A stretch of 64,000 bases of DNA from NCBI GenBank assembly GCA_043228905.1, contig JBHGNT010000027.1:248001-312000 (forward strand). The letters are read 5' to 3'. The position numbers and the translations under genes were made by a program. This stretch comes from Azolla caroliniana. Its lineage: Eukaryota > Plantae > Polypodiophyta. Below, piece by piece: positions 51,646 through 64,000 of the stretch (the stretch's first letter is position 1; each line of letters begins with the position of its first letter). The notes beneath the pieces are model-generated. The model worked only from the letters and a program-made list of their open reading frames with translations, ran no database searches and was not told where the DNA came from.

Positions 51646-53146
51646 CAACAAGGTATGGGCCTTGCCCTTCCCCAAGCAGAATGCAGGTCAATGGAAACTT
51701 GACTGGTTGAAAAGCCTGACGTTGTGGGGTTCAGCGGGCCAGCTTTGCTTTGAAGGTGGGCTTATAACATCAAGGGCAGGGGATCCGGCCGGTTGGGGCT
51801 CGACGAATCACCTAGTTGTCTTCCTTTTACGATTCTATACGGTGCTCGGTAGGTCCAATTCCTACTGTATTTTTCGGAATGCATTAGATGAGTACCCGGC
51901 CAAAGGTTCAGGGGTCGAATACCCAACGATAGAGTCGGGTTCAGGTTCTACTCTCCGTTGTCTATCAGCGCTGGTCCACCTTATCTGATACATCACCGTT
52001 CCATCATCATCCATTCCTCCTGTTTCCCACTTACTACCCTTTCCCATTTTTATTTTCCTTCATCTCGGTCGTTAGCTTGGAATCTGCCCGCCCCCCGATT
52101 CTCCTGGAAAGGGAGAAATGTTTCCTTTCCTTTCCTTTCCTTTCCTTTCCTTTCCTCGGTATCATTCTCTCTCGTCAGCAGTGCTAAGGTGACTTCTCAG
52201 ACCGTTCCCTTGTTCTGCAGATTCTCTGAGTTCCGAGAGGCCTTCGGCGAATTAGCTCGACTTTGTTGTTGCGGAGCGGGTTTCGCGTGAGGTGCTCTCT
52301 CGGCGGCGGGCGGTAGAAGGCTACCTTTCTCCTCATGCGTGAAAACGGCCGGGCCGGGCCGGGCCGGGCCGGCCTTCATGATGAACCGGTTCATCGGCAC
52401 TGGTTGGTTCTAACATCCCCAGCAAGCAAGCAAGCAAGCAAGCAGGTGTTTTACCTCTGCCGCCTTGGGATGGGAACCTTGGTTTGCTCAGTTCTGAAAC
52501 CTTCCCATGGTTAGGGTTGGGTATATGGCAAAATTCGCCTCTGAGGTTACGGGGGCAGTATCTATCGATTTTGGAGAAAGGAGAGGCGATCGTGTCTCTC
52601 TCCGAACTAGAAACAATGTGCGGCGATCCTGAGATTATCGGCGCAGAACAGAAGCGGTTCTTGAATTGATCACACGACATTACGTAAGATTACAGCTTCG
52701 AGAACTTGTTCGGGATTGATTAGAGGAGACCCTGTTCTGGATCTTTTCCGAGCCCGATCTCCACCTCCCCTAACCCACCGAAGACGGTAGCGACGGGAAA
52801 GATTCCGATTTGGAATCGTGTATGGGTAGTATGACGCTATGAAAAAGGTCTTAGAACACCCCATCCAACCATCCAACTGCTTGAGTCGTGGGGGCCTTTT
52901 GATCCCTGAAAGAAGGTCTCTATATAAAGTGACTTATAGCAGCTCCTACATTCGAGGCGAGGTTTGGCCTCGGGTGTTAAGTTCGCCAGGAACCATAAGC
53001 CTTTGTATGCATCTGAGCATAATGGGTTCGGTGAAGGCTAAGGGACTAGACAGCCCACCTCCTAGCTTCATCTCTTACTAGAGATGCCGCTAAGAGGATC
53101 CCTTTCATTCCCATGTAAGCTGCTTTCACCTGAGGGACCTCTCACA

Positions 53147-53172
53147 AACTCCCATAGATATTAGAAACAGAC
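53147..53172 (+). promoter_or_regulatory. conserved 5' leader motif upstream of rps1
   Basis: AACTCCCATAGATATTAGAAACAGAC, 65 nt before the ACG. Confidence 0.5.
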
Positions 53173-53211
53173 CTCGAAACGAGAAACAGAACAAGAATAA
53201 GAGAAAGCAGA

Positions 53212-53843
53212 ACGAGCTTTGGTTAATTATTCCCCAGTGTGATCTGTTAGCCCTAAGCAATATCTGCAAAACGGCTCACGCTATTAATAACGTGAACTTC
53301 AACCAAAAGCGGACAAAAAGAGATCGCCGATCTTTTCCGCCAGTAGCTGAGATGTTCAGTTGACTCCCAGGCCTTGATGGAAGGGCGGCTACCTTCGAAA
53401 CTGCAAAAGCAAAAGGCCCGGGGCGCAGGACGAACAATGAATGAGTGTAAGCTTCGTGGCCCAATCGACGGTGCTGACCACGGGACTCGTTATCGTAATA
53501 GCGGGAGGGAGCAAGGCAGTGACAACTTGGGGATTGTCATTGAGCATCCCTTGACGCCCGAGAAAAGTAAGTTATCGATGGCTCTTCTGTCTGAGACAGA
53601 CCATCTACGCTCGCGGCATCCCTTACGGAGTATAGCTCACATCCAAGCATCTGGTTGGGGAACGGGGCAACGCCCATGAAGCTCCGGAAACGGAAGGCCC
53701 GCCAGGCTGTATGCTCTTGGAAATAGGATTCTTCACCAAGCTCCAGAGCTGACACGGGGACCCATTAACTTCTTCAAATTGGATCGTAGATGACAGCGAA
53801 TCATACGTAAGGTATTCAAACTCGCGTTAAATCACCGTCCTAA

Positions 53844-53874
<31 letters not shown>

Positions 53875-54754
53875 CAATTTGGAGTGAAATCATACCATAA
53901 CTCGAAACGCCTTCCGTCATAGCTAAATACGGGGAGGAGATGCCAGCATGACGGGAAGAGCCGTGTGAGGCCTATAGCTCATGCACGGTTCGGGAGCCAA
54001 GCCCCAGCAGTAATGGTGCGGCTTAGGTTAACTGTATAATTCTAGTCCCACTTTACTACGTGAAGGCGCTCTATAATATTCAGTGAAACCATTATAATAC
54101 AGGGACAAAAGTCATGATGGGGACAGAGGTTTAATCAAACTGTTACACCCGCAGAATATGATCTTGGTGAATACAGGACTGAAAACTCCTGTAATCCTTT
54201 TAAAACATGAAGTGACAGCAAGAGCGCCAATCACCAAGTAAGCAAAGTTTAATTCTGTTGGGATCGAAGATTCGAATCTGGAAAAAGTGGAAGAGCTTCG
54301 TGAACCAAAAATTATTTTGCCAGAACCACGTAAACCGGAAATTATTTTGTCAAAACCATTGAACAAGAAAATAGTTCGGATTGAACTAACCAAGATTTGG
54401 CGTGACCGCGACAAGGTCAAAGGGTTGATTTTCAATTTAATGAAGGGTGGGTATGCCGCAGTTACTGCAGGGTTCGTGGCTTTCCTTTTCAGGAGTCCCT
54501 TTCGCAAAAATGAGAGTGAGAGGTTCCACAAAAAGAAGAAATTTTACAAAAGTAGAAAATTTAGGTTCCACAAGAATAAAAGCAGAAGTGGGAAATTTGG
54601 AAACAAAGGTCTAAAGTTTCGCAGAAGCAGAAATGAGACATTCTGCAGAAGTAGGACATCCAGAATTCTGAACACGAACCCAATAAAGCGTAATATTGCG
54701 GTAAAAGAAGAGATTCGTGCTGCGCTAGTTTCAGAAAAGAAAAAGCACCATTGA
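53212..54754 (+). CDS. rps1: ribosomal protein S1 (IR copy); exons 53212-53236, 54033-54754
   Basis: Mirror of 10066-11608. Confidence 0.88.
53237..54032 (+). other. group II intron rps1i25 (IR copy)
   Basis: GTGTG...GGTTAAC with domain V at ~53958-53991. Confidence 0.92.
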
Positions 54755-54805
54755 ATCGAAAGCCGCCCCCTAACCAGCAGTCTCTTCCTAAGCACCAACA
54801 GCAGC

Positions 54806-54956
54806 AAGAAATAGTTTATTTACATGAGTAAGAAACTGACGTATTTCCATCGGTCGCTTCCGTTTCGTATATTAGTTATTTTGTATGCTTCGTATAGTTT
54901 TCTGTGAATTAGCATTAAAAGGTTCTTTAATAGGCATAAACAAGTCGTGTTGGCAG
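54806..54956 (+). pseudogene. rps14: 5'-truncated rps14 copy (IR arm B)
   Basis: Mirror of 9864-10014. Confidence 0.85.
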
Positions 54957-55162
54957 TACGCTGGTCGGCTTCACAAGCAAGCTGCGGGTCTTTTTCAATC
55001 ACTAATTCTTATTTTGCCCAAAATCGTTGTCGTTGGTTCACATTTTATGGCATCGCAGAAATTGATTGTAAGGCTTTAGATTATTTCAAAGGGTGGCCTA
55101 AGGTCACCCCCCTTAAATGAGAGTCCCGCCTCTCTTCATTTAAGCGGGAAAAACGTTCTGCT

Positions 55163-55233
55163 GGCTGGGTAACATAATGGCAATGTATTGGACTGCAAAT
55201 CCTGGAATGACGGTTCGACTCCGTCCCTAGCCT
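55163..55233 (+). tRNA. trnC: tRNA-Cys(GCA), repeat copy
   Basis: Identical, in IR arm B. Confidence 0.95.
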
Positions 55234-55981
55234 ATTCTTCTTCCAAGCTCTTTTGCCATTTCCGAGTGAAAAGATTGCTGCTTTAAAGTGGAAAGAAAAG
55301 TGCAAAGCATCTTCTTGCCAGTGATTCATCAAGATTGCCGCCGGCTCGGTTTAAAGTGAAAAGAAAAGTGCTGCTTTGCTTTGCTTTGCTGGATTCGCAG
55401 ATTATGGCCAGAAGATGATATTGCCTTCTTGCATGATCCTTCTGAATTTTACCAACGGAATTTCGAAATTCCAGCATTCAATTCTTTCCGCAATCTGAGC
55501 CGCATTAAAGATTATCGTATAATAATCCATGAATATTCAGGCCTTCTTGAAAGTTCAAAAGAAGAACTTTGGTAGCCATTTATATTACACTTTTTACCGC
55601 TTCTTCTTCTTCCGCAGTGCAGTTTTCTTGCGCTTCATGAAGAAAAGGTGCTGTTTGAAATTGTAGCTTGAATCTTATCGGAAAACTAACTCTAGGCCTT
55701 CTTGATGAACAGCTATGGATAATACGGCGGAAGTTGCTTGCGGGGAAGAACCAAGGTGGTGGATGAACCCGCTGCTTCATCAGCGCGATGAAGACGATTA
55801 ACGCTACTTATCGGCTACGGTAAAGTCAGACGGCCCTCAATCAACCAAAAAACATTACTGAAGATGGCCTGCGTAGCGCATACGATCTCCAATCACTAAG
55901 AGATGCAAAAGAAATTGGCTACTTCTCTGACCAAAGAGGGCAATGACGACGTAGTAATAGTTGGTAGTGACTCCTCTCATG

Positions 55982-56055
55982 GTTTAGGTAGCTCAGTTGG
56001 TTAGAGCAAAGGACTGAAAATCCTTGGGTCAGTGGTTCAAATCCACTCCTAAACA
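55982..56055 (+). tRNA. trnF: tRNA-Phe(GAA)
   Basis: GTTTAGG...CCTAAAC cloverleaf, anticodon GAA. Confidence 0.95.
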
Positions 56056-56921
56056 GCGAATTATTAGGTTCAAATCTCAATTATGCGCTAGATGCAACTA
56101 AAACCCGAAACCTCTTTGAGCTAGAGCCACAGAGCTCTCTATCTGTCCGATCTTAGCACCAACCCTGAGCAAATGGTGTGGCCTACCTGCTCCGGACGAG
56201 TGGCTCGAGAATAGCGCAAAACCAAATTATGGAAATTTCGCGTAAAGTGTGGTGGACAGCCTGCCCCCTGTGGATAGGTTTTTGGGTAATATTTGTTTTT
56301 CAGATTTCCCTTCCCTTCCCTTCCCTTCCCTTCCCTGTACGCACGCGGGATCTTAATTGGAGACGTAAGCGTCGCGGAAGGGCGGGCGGCATTCTCCCCA
56401 CGCACGACGGTACCCCGTTTCTTTATAAACACGTAATCAGGGATTGGCTCTCTTTCGCGAACTTTCTATACTCCGAAAGACGACAAAGAATAAGACCAGT
56501 TCTTGTTCCAACCTGAGCTTCAATGCTCGCACCTACTCTCCGCCTTTACTCAAGGATACCGCCTTTCCTTTCCTTTCCTTTCCTTTCCTTTCCTTTCCTT
56601 TCCTTTCCTTTCCTTTCCTCTCAAGGCTTCTGTGCGCTTTCTTTTTGCTCGTGGTTTTGATCCTACTGAACACTTATTCTTACTATTAGAGTATGAAATT
56701 CCACCTTTTTCTATTTATAAAGGGATTTATTGGAGGGAAGGAAGGGAGGTCACTACGCTAAAGCGCCTTCGCGGCGGAAGGGAGGTTTGAAAGGTCAATT
56801 CCCCTTTCCTGAAGTGCGTTTTGTCAGGCTAAGAAAAGGGTAAATAGAAGTCTCGGTTGCCCGCCCTTTATATCCCTTTATAGAAGTCTTTAAGCGAACA
56901 AGCTTTCTCTTCCCTTCCATT

Positions 56922-57115
56922 TCCGCAACAATGGATAGAGCCGTCATACTACCTTCACCTAATTGGAGACTTGATTTAGCCGCTCTTTCCAAAAGACAAG
57001 AATGTAAATGAAAAACATCTCCCGGATATGCTTCTTGCTAGATGGTCTTCTTAGTAACAGAGAGATTTGTCGATAAGCTTGGGCTTGTTTAGAAAGATCA
57101 TCGTGAATAATCAAG
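56922..57115 (-). pseudogene. atpA: plastid-derived atpA fragment
   Basis: [47 protein letters not shown] (plastid-type), frameshifted. Confidence 0.85.
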
Positions 57116-57124
57116 GATGGCTGT

Positions 57125-57500
57125 TTACGATGGACTGTCCTCTCCTGAACAGATTCGCAGTTGGGCCGAAAGAGAGTTACCTAATGGAATGGAGACCTGG
57201 GCAAGTTGATTAACCTTCTACGTTGCATTACAAGACTCATAAACCAGAGAAAGATGGTTCATTTCGTGAAAGAATATTCGGGGGCGGAAACTACCGATCT
57301 GTCGATAATGAAGAAGAATATTCCAATTCTCGTAAGCATTGTGGAGTCAAGTTTACCGACTCTCGGGTTCGAAGATATCGAATGGGATACATCAAACTAG
57401 CATGTCCAGTAACCCACGCCAAAACGAATTCCCAAAAAGTTACATTGCAAATCGCTAAACCCCGAACTAGAAAGCCCAGTATATTGCGATGCGTGACTCG
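57125..57500 (+). pseudogene. rpoC1: plastid-derived rpoC1 exon 1 fragment plus intron start
   Basis: SPEQIRSWAERELPNG; [11 protein letters not shown]; [16 protein letters not shown]; VYCD followed by GCGTG. Confidence 0.88.
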
Positions 57501-58935
57501 GGAAACCAACCTATGGGTTCTTTCATCAATTATTGGAGCTTGCTTGAAATAAGCACGATAGTTCATTCTTCACTGATTGATGGGCTATAGTCCAACGTGA
57601 TTTGATTTGGCATATGAGTGAAAGACAACCGCTTCTTCCGCTTCCGCTTCCGCTTCCGCTTCCGCTTCCGCTTCCGCATGATGAAAACCGCTTCTTTTCT
57701 TCGGCCGGCTTCTTCCGGAAATGGGTAAATCTCCCCGCTTCATCCGCGGAAGCAGGATTTGAACCGTAGACCAATCGCGGATGAAGCGGTTAACAGCGCG
57801 CGCTGAGCCACCAACAAAAAAAATGTACGGTTAGTATCATATACATTCTTTGACTCTTGTTACTTGAGCCGCCTCTGAATTTGCAAAACGTTAAGCCGAC
57901 ATTTCCTAAACTTTACGTACACCCTAACTCTTATTATAGGAAGAAGCGGCAGCGATAGCAATCCTATTTTTATAGAGCCCCTGACCTACATTTTGTTTGG
58001 TGACATGTTGGAGGATTCTATACGCTCTAAAGGATACAGAGACGTGATAGCGAAGGGGAGAGCACAAGGTTTGGTGGTTATAGGACTTACCTTAGACGAG
58101 ACAGGAGCACCGTTGAAGAGAGATATGAGATCTTCTCTTGTGTTGCAGATGATGGAGATGGACCCCGCCCGCCCTGGGAGGAGCCGACCAACTCAATTTC
58201 TTGATATTTGCAAGGGAAACATTTCTCATAATCTCGGAGGGGAAAGGGGGCGGACATTTGCTCTCGGGGGAAGACCCGCTCCGATAGAGAATAAGGGAAT
58301 TAATCCCCTAAAGCAACCAACTAGGTAAAGTTCAGCTACTGCCAGCTGAATTATTCTCTAAAGATGACCAAACCAAATATGCCTTAGTGCTTTTTTTTAT
58401 TTGGACAATATCAGCAATTTCATTGCATTCTTCTTTTCTTTTTTGTATTTTGTGGTAATATCGATATTCATTTATGTATGCGACGGACAATTGCTTGCTG
58501 TCGGGGGAAGACCCGCTCCGATAGAGAATAAGGCAAGGTTGCTCGCCTAAAGCAACCAACTTTCGTTGCTCTAATTTAGTTTAGCGCAGAAGGTTAGGTT
58601 GATACAACTAAATTTCGGGGGCGGACCCTGCCCCGAAGTATTATAGGATCGAAAATGACAAGAACAGAAGAAAAGTTTTTACGGAAAAGAACGGTAACAG
58701 CTCCGCGTCGTTCTCTCGAAGAATCGCCATGATGAATCCTCGTGCAATTCATTCTGTAAACGAACTAAGTTTATGATAATGTCTTCGTCAAACTGCCTGC
58801 CTGCCTGCCTGCCTGCCTGCTGTAATCTTTCCAATTTGTTCTGTATTCTTTCCAGTTCGTTCTGTAAACTTTTTGATAATGTCCATGTTTTATCTAATCT
58901 GTTTCGTGAGATTCCCTTCTTTTCTTGTATTTATA

Positions 58936-59035
58936 GCTTTTTGCTTTTCTTCTCAATAAGATGGTCATATAACCCTTAGTGCTTTTTGCTTTTCTTCTCA
59001 ATAAGATGATCATATGACCCTTAGTGCTTTTTGCT
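58936..59035 (+). repeat. 45-bp tandem duplication
   Basis: gctttttgcttttcttctcaataagatg..cccttagt occurs twice. Confidence 0.85.
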
Positions 59036-59099
59036 TTGCAAAAGAAAACTCATTTTTATTGATCTCTATGGGAATCGCTACCACCCTGTACTAGGATTG

Positions 59100-59730
59100 G
59101 TCCTTTAGAAATCCCATTGGTCCAGTACTTCCCCGGGACTGCACGGATGACGCTTCGCCTACCCTGAAGGATAAGCTTCCGATATCTTTTGACGTAACGT
59201 TTATTCAATTACCCTTTTCCCAGCAGATGCTATGTATGCCTCGGACTCAGCGATAATTATGTCCCTAACATACCAAAACTAGCAGTAGCACCACTCGTAG
59301 TTAGATAGGTGGGAACTGATATATAGAATAATCTTCTCTGAACTTGATGGATCTGTAGAACGGCTTGACGGCCGGCGCGGCGGAAATCTCGGCCATTTGC
59401 ATTAGGCTCAACGTCCCTTCTTGCATACGTGCCCCTTCGAAAGCACAGACAATGATTATTAGCAAAGACTTATCCGTGGCATATTCAATTAAGCGAGTGA
59501 TCTTCTTACCTAAAACGGAACCCATACTACCTCCCATGAATTAAAAGTCCATGACACCAAGCGCTATACTATACCCCATTGAAATATTCTATACCTGTTT
59601 GAACAGCATCAGTTAAACCTGTTCTTCTCTGGGAAGCAGTAATACGATTCTGATGAGAATCCTCAGCGGCGGGGCGGTTCATGCGGCGGAGAAACTTGGA
59701 ACATCTCATGCAGTCATGTCTTCATCCATT
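59100..59730 (-). pseudogene. accD: plastid-derived accD fragment
   Basis: TGLTDAVQTG; [20 protein letters not shown]; [15 protein letters not shown]. Confidence 0.88.
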
Positions 59731-59869
59731 AGGAAATCGATAGAATAATGGCAGGTTATTCCGGTAGACTGTAAGCCGTGATGAATTGAAGGGTTTTGTT
59801 CCAACATGCATGAAAGAGGGTTGTTCTTAACGTTTATCAATTTTTCGGACTAGCTCTGTTGAAGAGCTC

Positions 59870-60047
59870 GTATGAGAGTTGGCTCAACCTAGCCCCAACA
59901 ATGGCAGAATATTTCCGAGATGTCAACGAGCAAGCTGTACCTTTATTCATTGACAACATCTTCCGCTTCGCCCAAAATCGCGGAATCAGAAGTCTCTGCT
60001 TTCTTTTTGGCAGGTAGAATGCCGATGAAAACCGCTTCTTCGGCCGT

Positions 60048-60080
<33 letters not shown>

Positions 60081-60250
60081 CGTGGGTTATCAACTGGTTC
60101 TTCCCGGCCGGCCAGGTCTCTATAGGAAAGAATTCCAGATCAATAACTTCCATTCAAGCGCACCTGCGGATGATCTGACTGACCTAGCCCCCGCTACAAC
60201 CATTTGCACACCTAGATGCTACTACTGCGCCGCTTTCGAGAAGATTAGCA
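59870..60250 (+). pseudogene. atpB: plastid-derived atpB fragment
   Basis: [21 protein letters not shown]; GRMP..AVGYQ; PADDLTDLAPATT. Confidence 0.85.
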
Positions 60251-60981
60251 GAAGAATATCTATGCGGCCCATTCATTCGTCTTCATGAGGCGGTGAGGGC
60301 CAAAAAAAAAGCCAAGACAGCTTCGGAGCGAACTCTGTTACCAGAGCCGAGAACAGCTTTAGACAATTCCGTCAGGCACCACGAAGGGCTGGCTTGAGAA
60401 GTATCGCAAGACTTGACTTTCTGCGCCCTACTCTCAATGAGTCAAACTCTCCGTATCCATTACTCTTTTACAATCGATTATTTGATAGATCTGGAATGTG
60501 ATGAGATACACTCTAATCATCTCATAGGACCGCCCCGATGAAAACCAGCAGACCTAATCACCTTACGATGGTTAGCGGAATTCTCTCTCGGTAAATTGGG
60601 TCAATGAGACCATCGGCGTTCGTTTCAGAATCGGATAGTTACACGTCCCACATCCACTAGTCGCCGGGCCACCGAACATTGCTTCAACCATAAGGCAGCC
60701 AGAAAATTGGACCTTTAGTTTAGTTAGGTTTTCATCGCTTTCCGCACGCCTGGTAGAAAGCGGGTCGACCTTCCCCCCATTTACTTTATTTCATAGAAGC
60801 AATAGCGGCATGTATAGTGCTCGGTCTATCTAATTTGTATCGGAACGAAAGCAGCAGCAATGAACCGCTTCATCCGCGAGTCTTCCATCGACAAAGGACT
60901 GGCTCTGGCTCACGACGAATGCAAGCTGGAAAACACGGAACTCGGTACTTGGTTAGTGAAACCATGCATGAAAAATCAAGT

Positions 60982-61054
60982 TACCTACTACTGGATTCGA
61001 ACCAATGACTTTCGCCGTATGAAAGCGATACTCTAACCCCTGAGTTAAGTAGGT
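60982..61054 (-). tRNA. trnM: plastid-type elongator tRNA-Met(CAU)
   Basis: ACCTACTTAACTCAG...TTCATACGGCG..GTAGGTA resembles plastid trnM; intact cloverleaf. Confidence 0.9.
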
Positions 61055-61452
61055 TGGGCAGTTTCATAGCAGCCAGCCCGTTTCATCGAGCCTCGGAAGT
61101 CAAGGCGGCCATTCTATCTACAAGATTTTCTGTCAATTCCTGCAGACTGTTCAAGGAAACTCGTGGGGTGGGTTCCTGCTTTCCCTCAATGCCGAGCTGC
61201 TCTTTACGGCCCGGTAAGAATTCAATAAATTGAGTAGTTGCACCTGCTGGTATAATAAGATATCCGTCTGAACTCCTACATCAATACCATCCATGTCGGT
61301 CTGGGTCGCAACATCAATAACATCATCCACACCTTGATCCTTACTACCTTTCTCAAGAGGTTGGTTGTCGGCAACGTCGTTGTCAGAGGCCTATCAAGTG
61401 ACATTATTTCATTGACTACTTTTTTCCGCCGCTAACGGCCAACGAAAGAAAG

Positions 61453-61478
61453 AACTGCCATAAATATCAAGAACAGAC
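61453..61478 (+). promoter_or_regulatory. conserved 5' leader motif upstream of nad1
   Basis: AACTGCCATAAATATCAAGAACAGAC, 109 nt before the ACG. Confidence 0.55.
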
Positions 61479-61561
61479 CTTGTGTTGGCAAAGAAAGCCA
61501 ACGCAAGTCCCTCTAATGCTGCTTTGAAGGCATTTTCTTGAAACCTATCTTAGTTGACGAA

Positions 61562-62569
61562 ACGAAGCCGTATATCCTTCGTCTCCTAGCTAAAATCTTT
61601 GGAATCATCATATTACTTTTACCAGGAGTAGTCTTTCCAGTGTCAGTCGAACGTAAAGTCATGGCTTCCATGTAACGTTGAAAGGGTCTTAATGTGGTGG
61701 GATCATCTGGGTTGTTATAACTCTTAGCGGATGGTTTGAAATCAATTTTAAAAGAACCTATTCCACCTCCAAGTGCTAATTTCTTTCTTTCTGTAATGGT
61801 TCTGGTAATTACATCTACGGTGCGCCGTGCGAGGCTCGTTTTCTTTCCGGAAGAATACCCTTCTACAACCAACATAGATGTTTGACTTGGAAGTATATAC
61901 GGCGGGCCAATACAACATCTTGGGCTAATAATCCATCGAGTTCGCGAGCAGTTAGTCGGAAAGGGGCGAAGCCGGGCAAAGCGGTTTCCCCGGTCCCCGA
62001 AGGAAGGACGGCTTAGCCCTCCTCGGTGGTGTCTCTCAGCTGATGCGAGAAAGGTTAGATTGACTCACTTGGTACGTACCTACTGCCTGAGTAAGGGCTA
62101 CGTATCCCGAACAGAATACGTCAGTATGTGTGTGGCGGAGTAATCCAGGGCCCAGTTTGGGCGAAAGCCTTGACTTCCACATGAAGCGGTCAAGGTTGCC
62201 GGACAGCCAGCCACAAGTAATTCCAGCATAGGAACTGACTTAAACAATCGAGCAGGTGCGCAAAGACCTGTAACCATTGGGTGCTCTGACGGGGCGAAGC
62301 AGGGAAGTGCGTAGCGCTTACTCCGTCCTCGAAAGGCAAAGACACGAAAAGAGAGCAACCACGGGAAGTAACCGCTTCGCATTGTCTAGTAAACGATGCG
62401 CGGTCTCAGAGGTCGCATAGTAGCGAGGGAGGAATGCCAGAAACCTGGCCGAGCCGCGAAGGCAACTAGTCAGAACAAACCTTAGTTCAACGCGGCCAGT
62501 ACGTATGCGGCCGGCCGGCGTTGAGAATAAGGAACAATTCTTCGAAACGGAAGGGACGGCAATACTCTC

Positions 62570-62606
<37 letters not shown>

Positions 62607-62820
62607 TTAAGGTGTTCCGAGTGAGAGCTGTATGACAAAAGATTGCCACGTACGGTTTGGAGGGCAGCATTGACTGACCCCTATTTAAGTTTGGTTGCTC
62701 GGGCTGTTACACTTTCTGATTATGGTATGGTATTGTCGGATCCAAATGTAGGTACATTCTATCTATTTGCTATATCTTCTCCAGGGGTTTATGGGATTAT
62801 TACAGTGGGTCGGTCTAGTA
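61562..62820 (+). CDS. nad1: NADH dehydrogenase subunit 1, exons 1-2 (61562-61819, 62685-62820); the rest lies beyond the window
   Basis: ACG start; ERKVMASM(Q)R(R)KG; LADGLK; DYGMVLSD; exons of 258 + 136 nt = 394. Confidence 0.93.
61820..62684 (+). other. group II intron nad1i258 (cis)
   Basis: GTGCG start after nt 258; domain V GAGCTGTATGACAAAAGATTGCCACGTACGGTTT; ends CCCTAT. Confidence 0.92.
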
Positions 62821-64000
62821 GGGCGGCCGTTCAGTCACCTGTGGTACTAAAGCAGCCAGCCCGGCCCGCCCATGTGGTCAAATTGTTTGTAGTGTGGAAT
62901 GATCTGCTCTATACAGGGTGTAGGGCTCTTCGACAGAACTAGTAATAGGCTTGACTCGCGATTTGAAGGGTAGGGGGGGTTCTTGTGTAGGAGGCTAAAA
63001 GGGGATAGGGATACGTTCAAAGAAGTTCAGGAAGAAAGGAAGAGCATGCCGTAAAAGCATGGTTGAAGGTCGATCCTGTCTTCCCAGGGAGTACCTAACA
63101 ACACCATGTGGAAGAACCAACCTTGTGGATCAGGATGAGGTGCCGTCCTAGCGAATTGAAGTCTCCTTGGGTAGCCAACGACCTACAGTTATCCTTGTAC
63201 CTCTGTGCCGAGCGAACGACTGTACGCTGTCTTGTTTTCTGCCAGCTGGGATTGCTTGCCGGCCAGATCGGATTGGAGCAACCATTGCATGAAGGCACAT
63301 TACCCATCCTCTTGGGGACAAGAGACTGAACGACATCCCGATTTACTGCATTCCAGGACATCTGGGATGAGAGCCGTAGGTGATACCGGCGAAACCCAGC
63401 CAGATTTTGTTCTGGCAGGTAGTCAGAGGACTCATAGTACCCGCCCCGAAAGGGGCCCCTCACGCACGCACGGGGAAGACGCTAGTTTTCAGGGAAGAGG
63501 AAAGTCTTTATTTCTTTTTCCACGTTGTTTTCTTCTAGCAGCAGGAAAGGAGTCTGGATGTCTGCCTAGCTTCGGCAGATTCTACTCAACGCAATCTGCA
63601 AACTCGAATCCCCGAAACCTGACTCAATGCGGAATAGAATTGATCGTCGTTTGGTGGATCTCCAGCAAGCAGTTTTAACTAAAAGAACAGGACATACCAC
63701 AAAATTCAGAGAGAGAACACGAAGCGATCGATCTGCTTACCGAGGGCTAAGGCTAGACCGCAGGACCTGGATTTATGACGTCCGGCCCGCTCCTCTCGAG
63801 TCCTGCCTGCTGGGAACGAACCACGAGGACGACCGCCAAGAACGGGCGTACTCGAGGGGGGCCAGAACCAAGCCCAAACGGGACGGAAGGGTACGGAGCG
63901 AGGTATTATAAAGCATTGCTTTATGGCGGCCGAAGAAAAGAAAAGAAAAGAAAAGAAGCGGTTTTCATCATCATGCATGAAGGCGCGCGCGCGCGCCGGT
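62821..64000 (+). other. group II intron nad1i394, 5' part
   Basis: GGGCG start after nt 394; no domain V seen before the window ends. Confidence 0.85.

Larger units (their letters stand above)
47456..55836 (-). repeat. 8.4-kb inverted repeat, arm B
   Basis: Reverse complement of 8984-17364. Confidence 0.97.

Noticed and set aside
61513-61875. 120-aa minus-strand ORF
   Set aside because: Mostly the antisense shadow of nad1 exon 1.
61820-62684. Trans-splicing of nad1i258
   Set aside because: nad1 exon 1 is present in cis at 61562-61819; it was only hidden by edited stops.

Overview
This is a fern (monilophyte, most likely leptosporangiate) mitochondrial genome segment. The ORF track misses most genes because they carry many in-frame TAA/TAG/TGA codons that need U-to-C editing, plus ACG/GCG starts and CAA/CAG stops that need C-to-U editing. 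Genes read by hand are nad4, cox2, cox3 (x2), atp1, nad1 exons 1-2, rps1 (x2), rps2, rps3, rps4, rps10, rps11, rps13, rps14, rps19, rpl2, rpl6, rpl16, rrnS and tRNAs (Cys x3, Gly-GCC x2, Gly-UCC, Arg-UCU, fMet, Phe, plastid-type Met). The group II introns include the fern-diagnostic rps1i25 and atp1i361. The structure includes an 8.4-kb inverted repeat, a 1.7-kb direct repeat, plastid fossils (atpA, rpoC1, accD, atpB), a plasmid RNA-polymerase relic and many short microsatellite/palindrome insertions. The best leads are: (1) a conserved ~25-nt 5' leader motif 47-109 nt upstream of ten different start codons; (2) a 106-codon reading frame, hidden by editable stops, that is in frame with cox3 and sits behind an atp1-type leader; (3) a group II intron nested in the maturase relic of nad4i1399 (twintron); (4) an atp6 N-terminus fused in frame to rps2. 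All coordinates and counts were read by eye, and no editing site is confirmed without cDNA.
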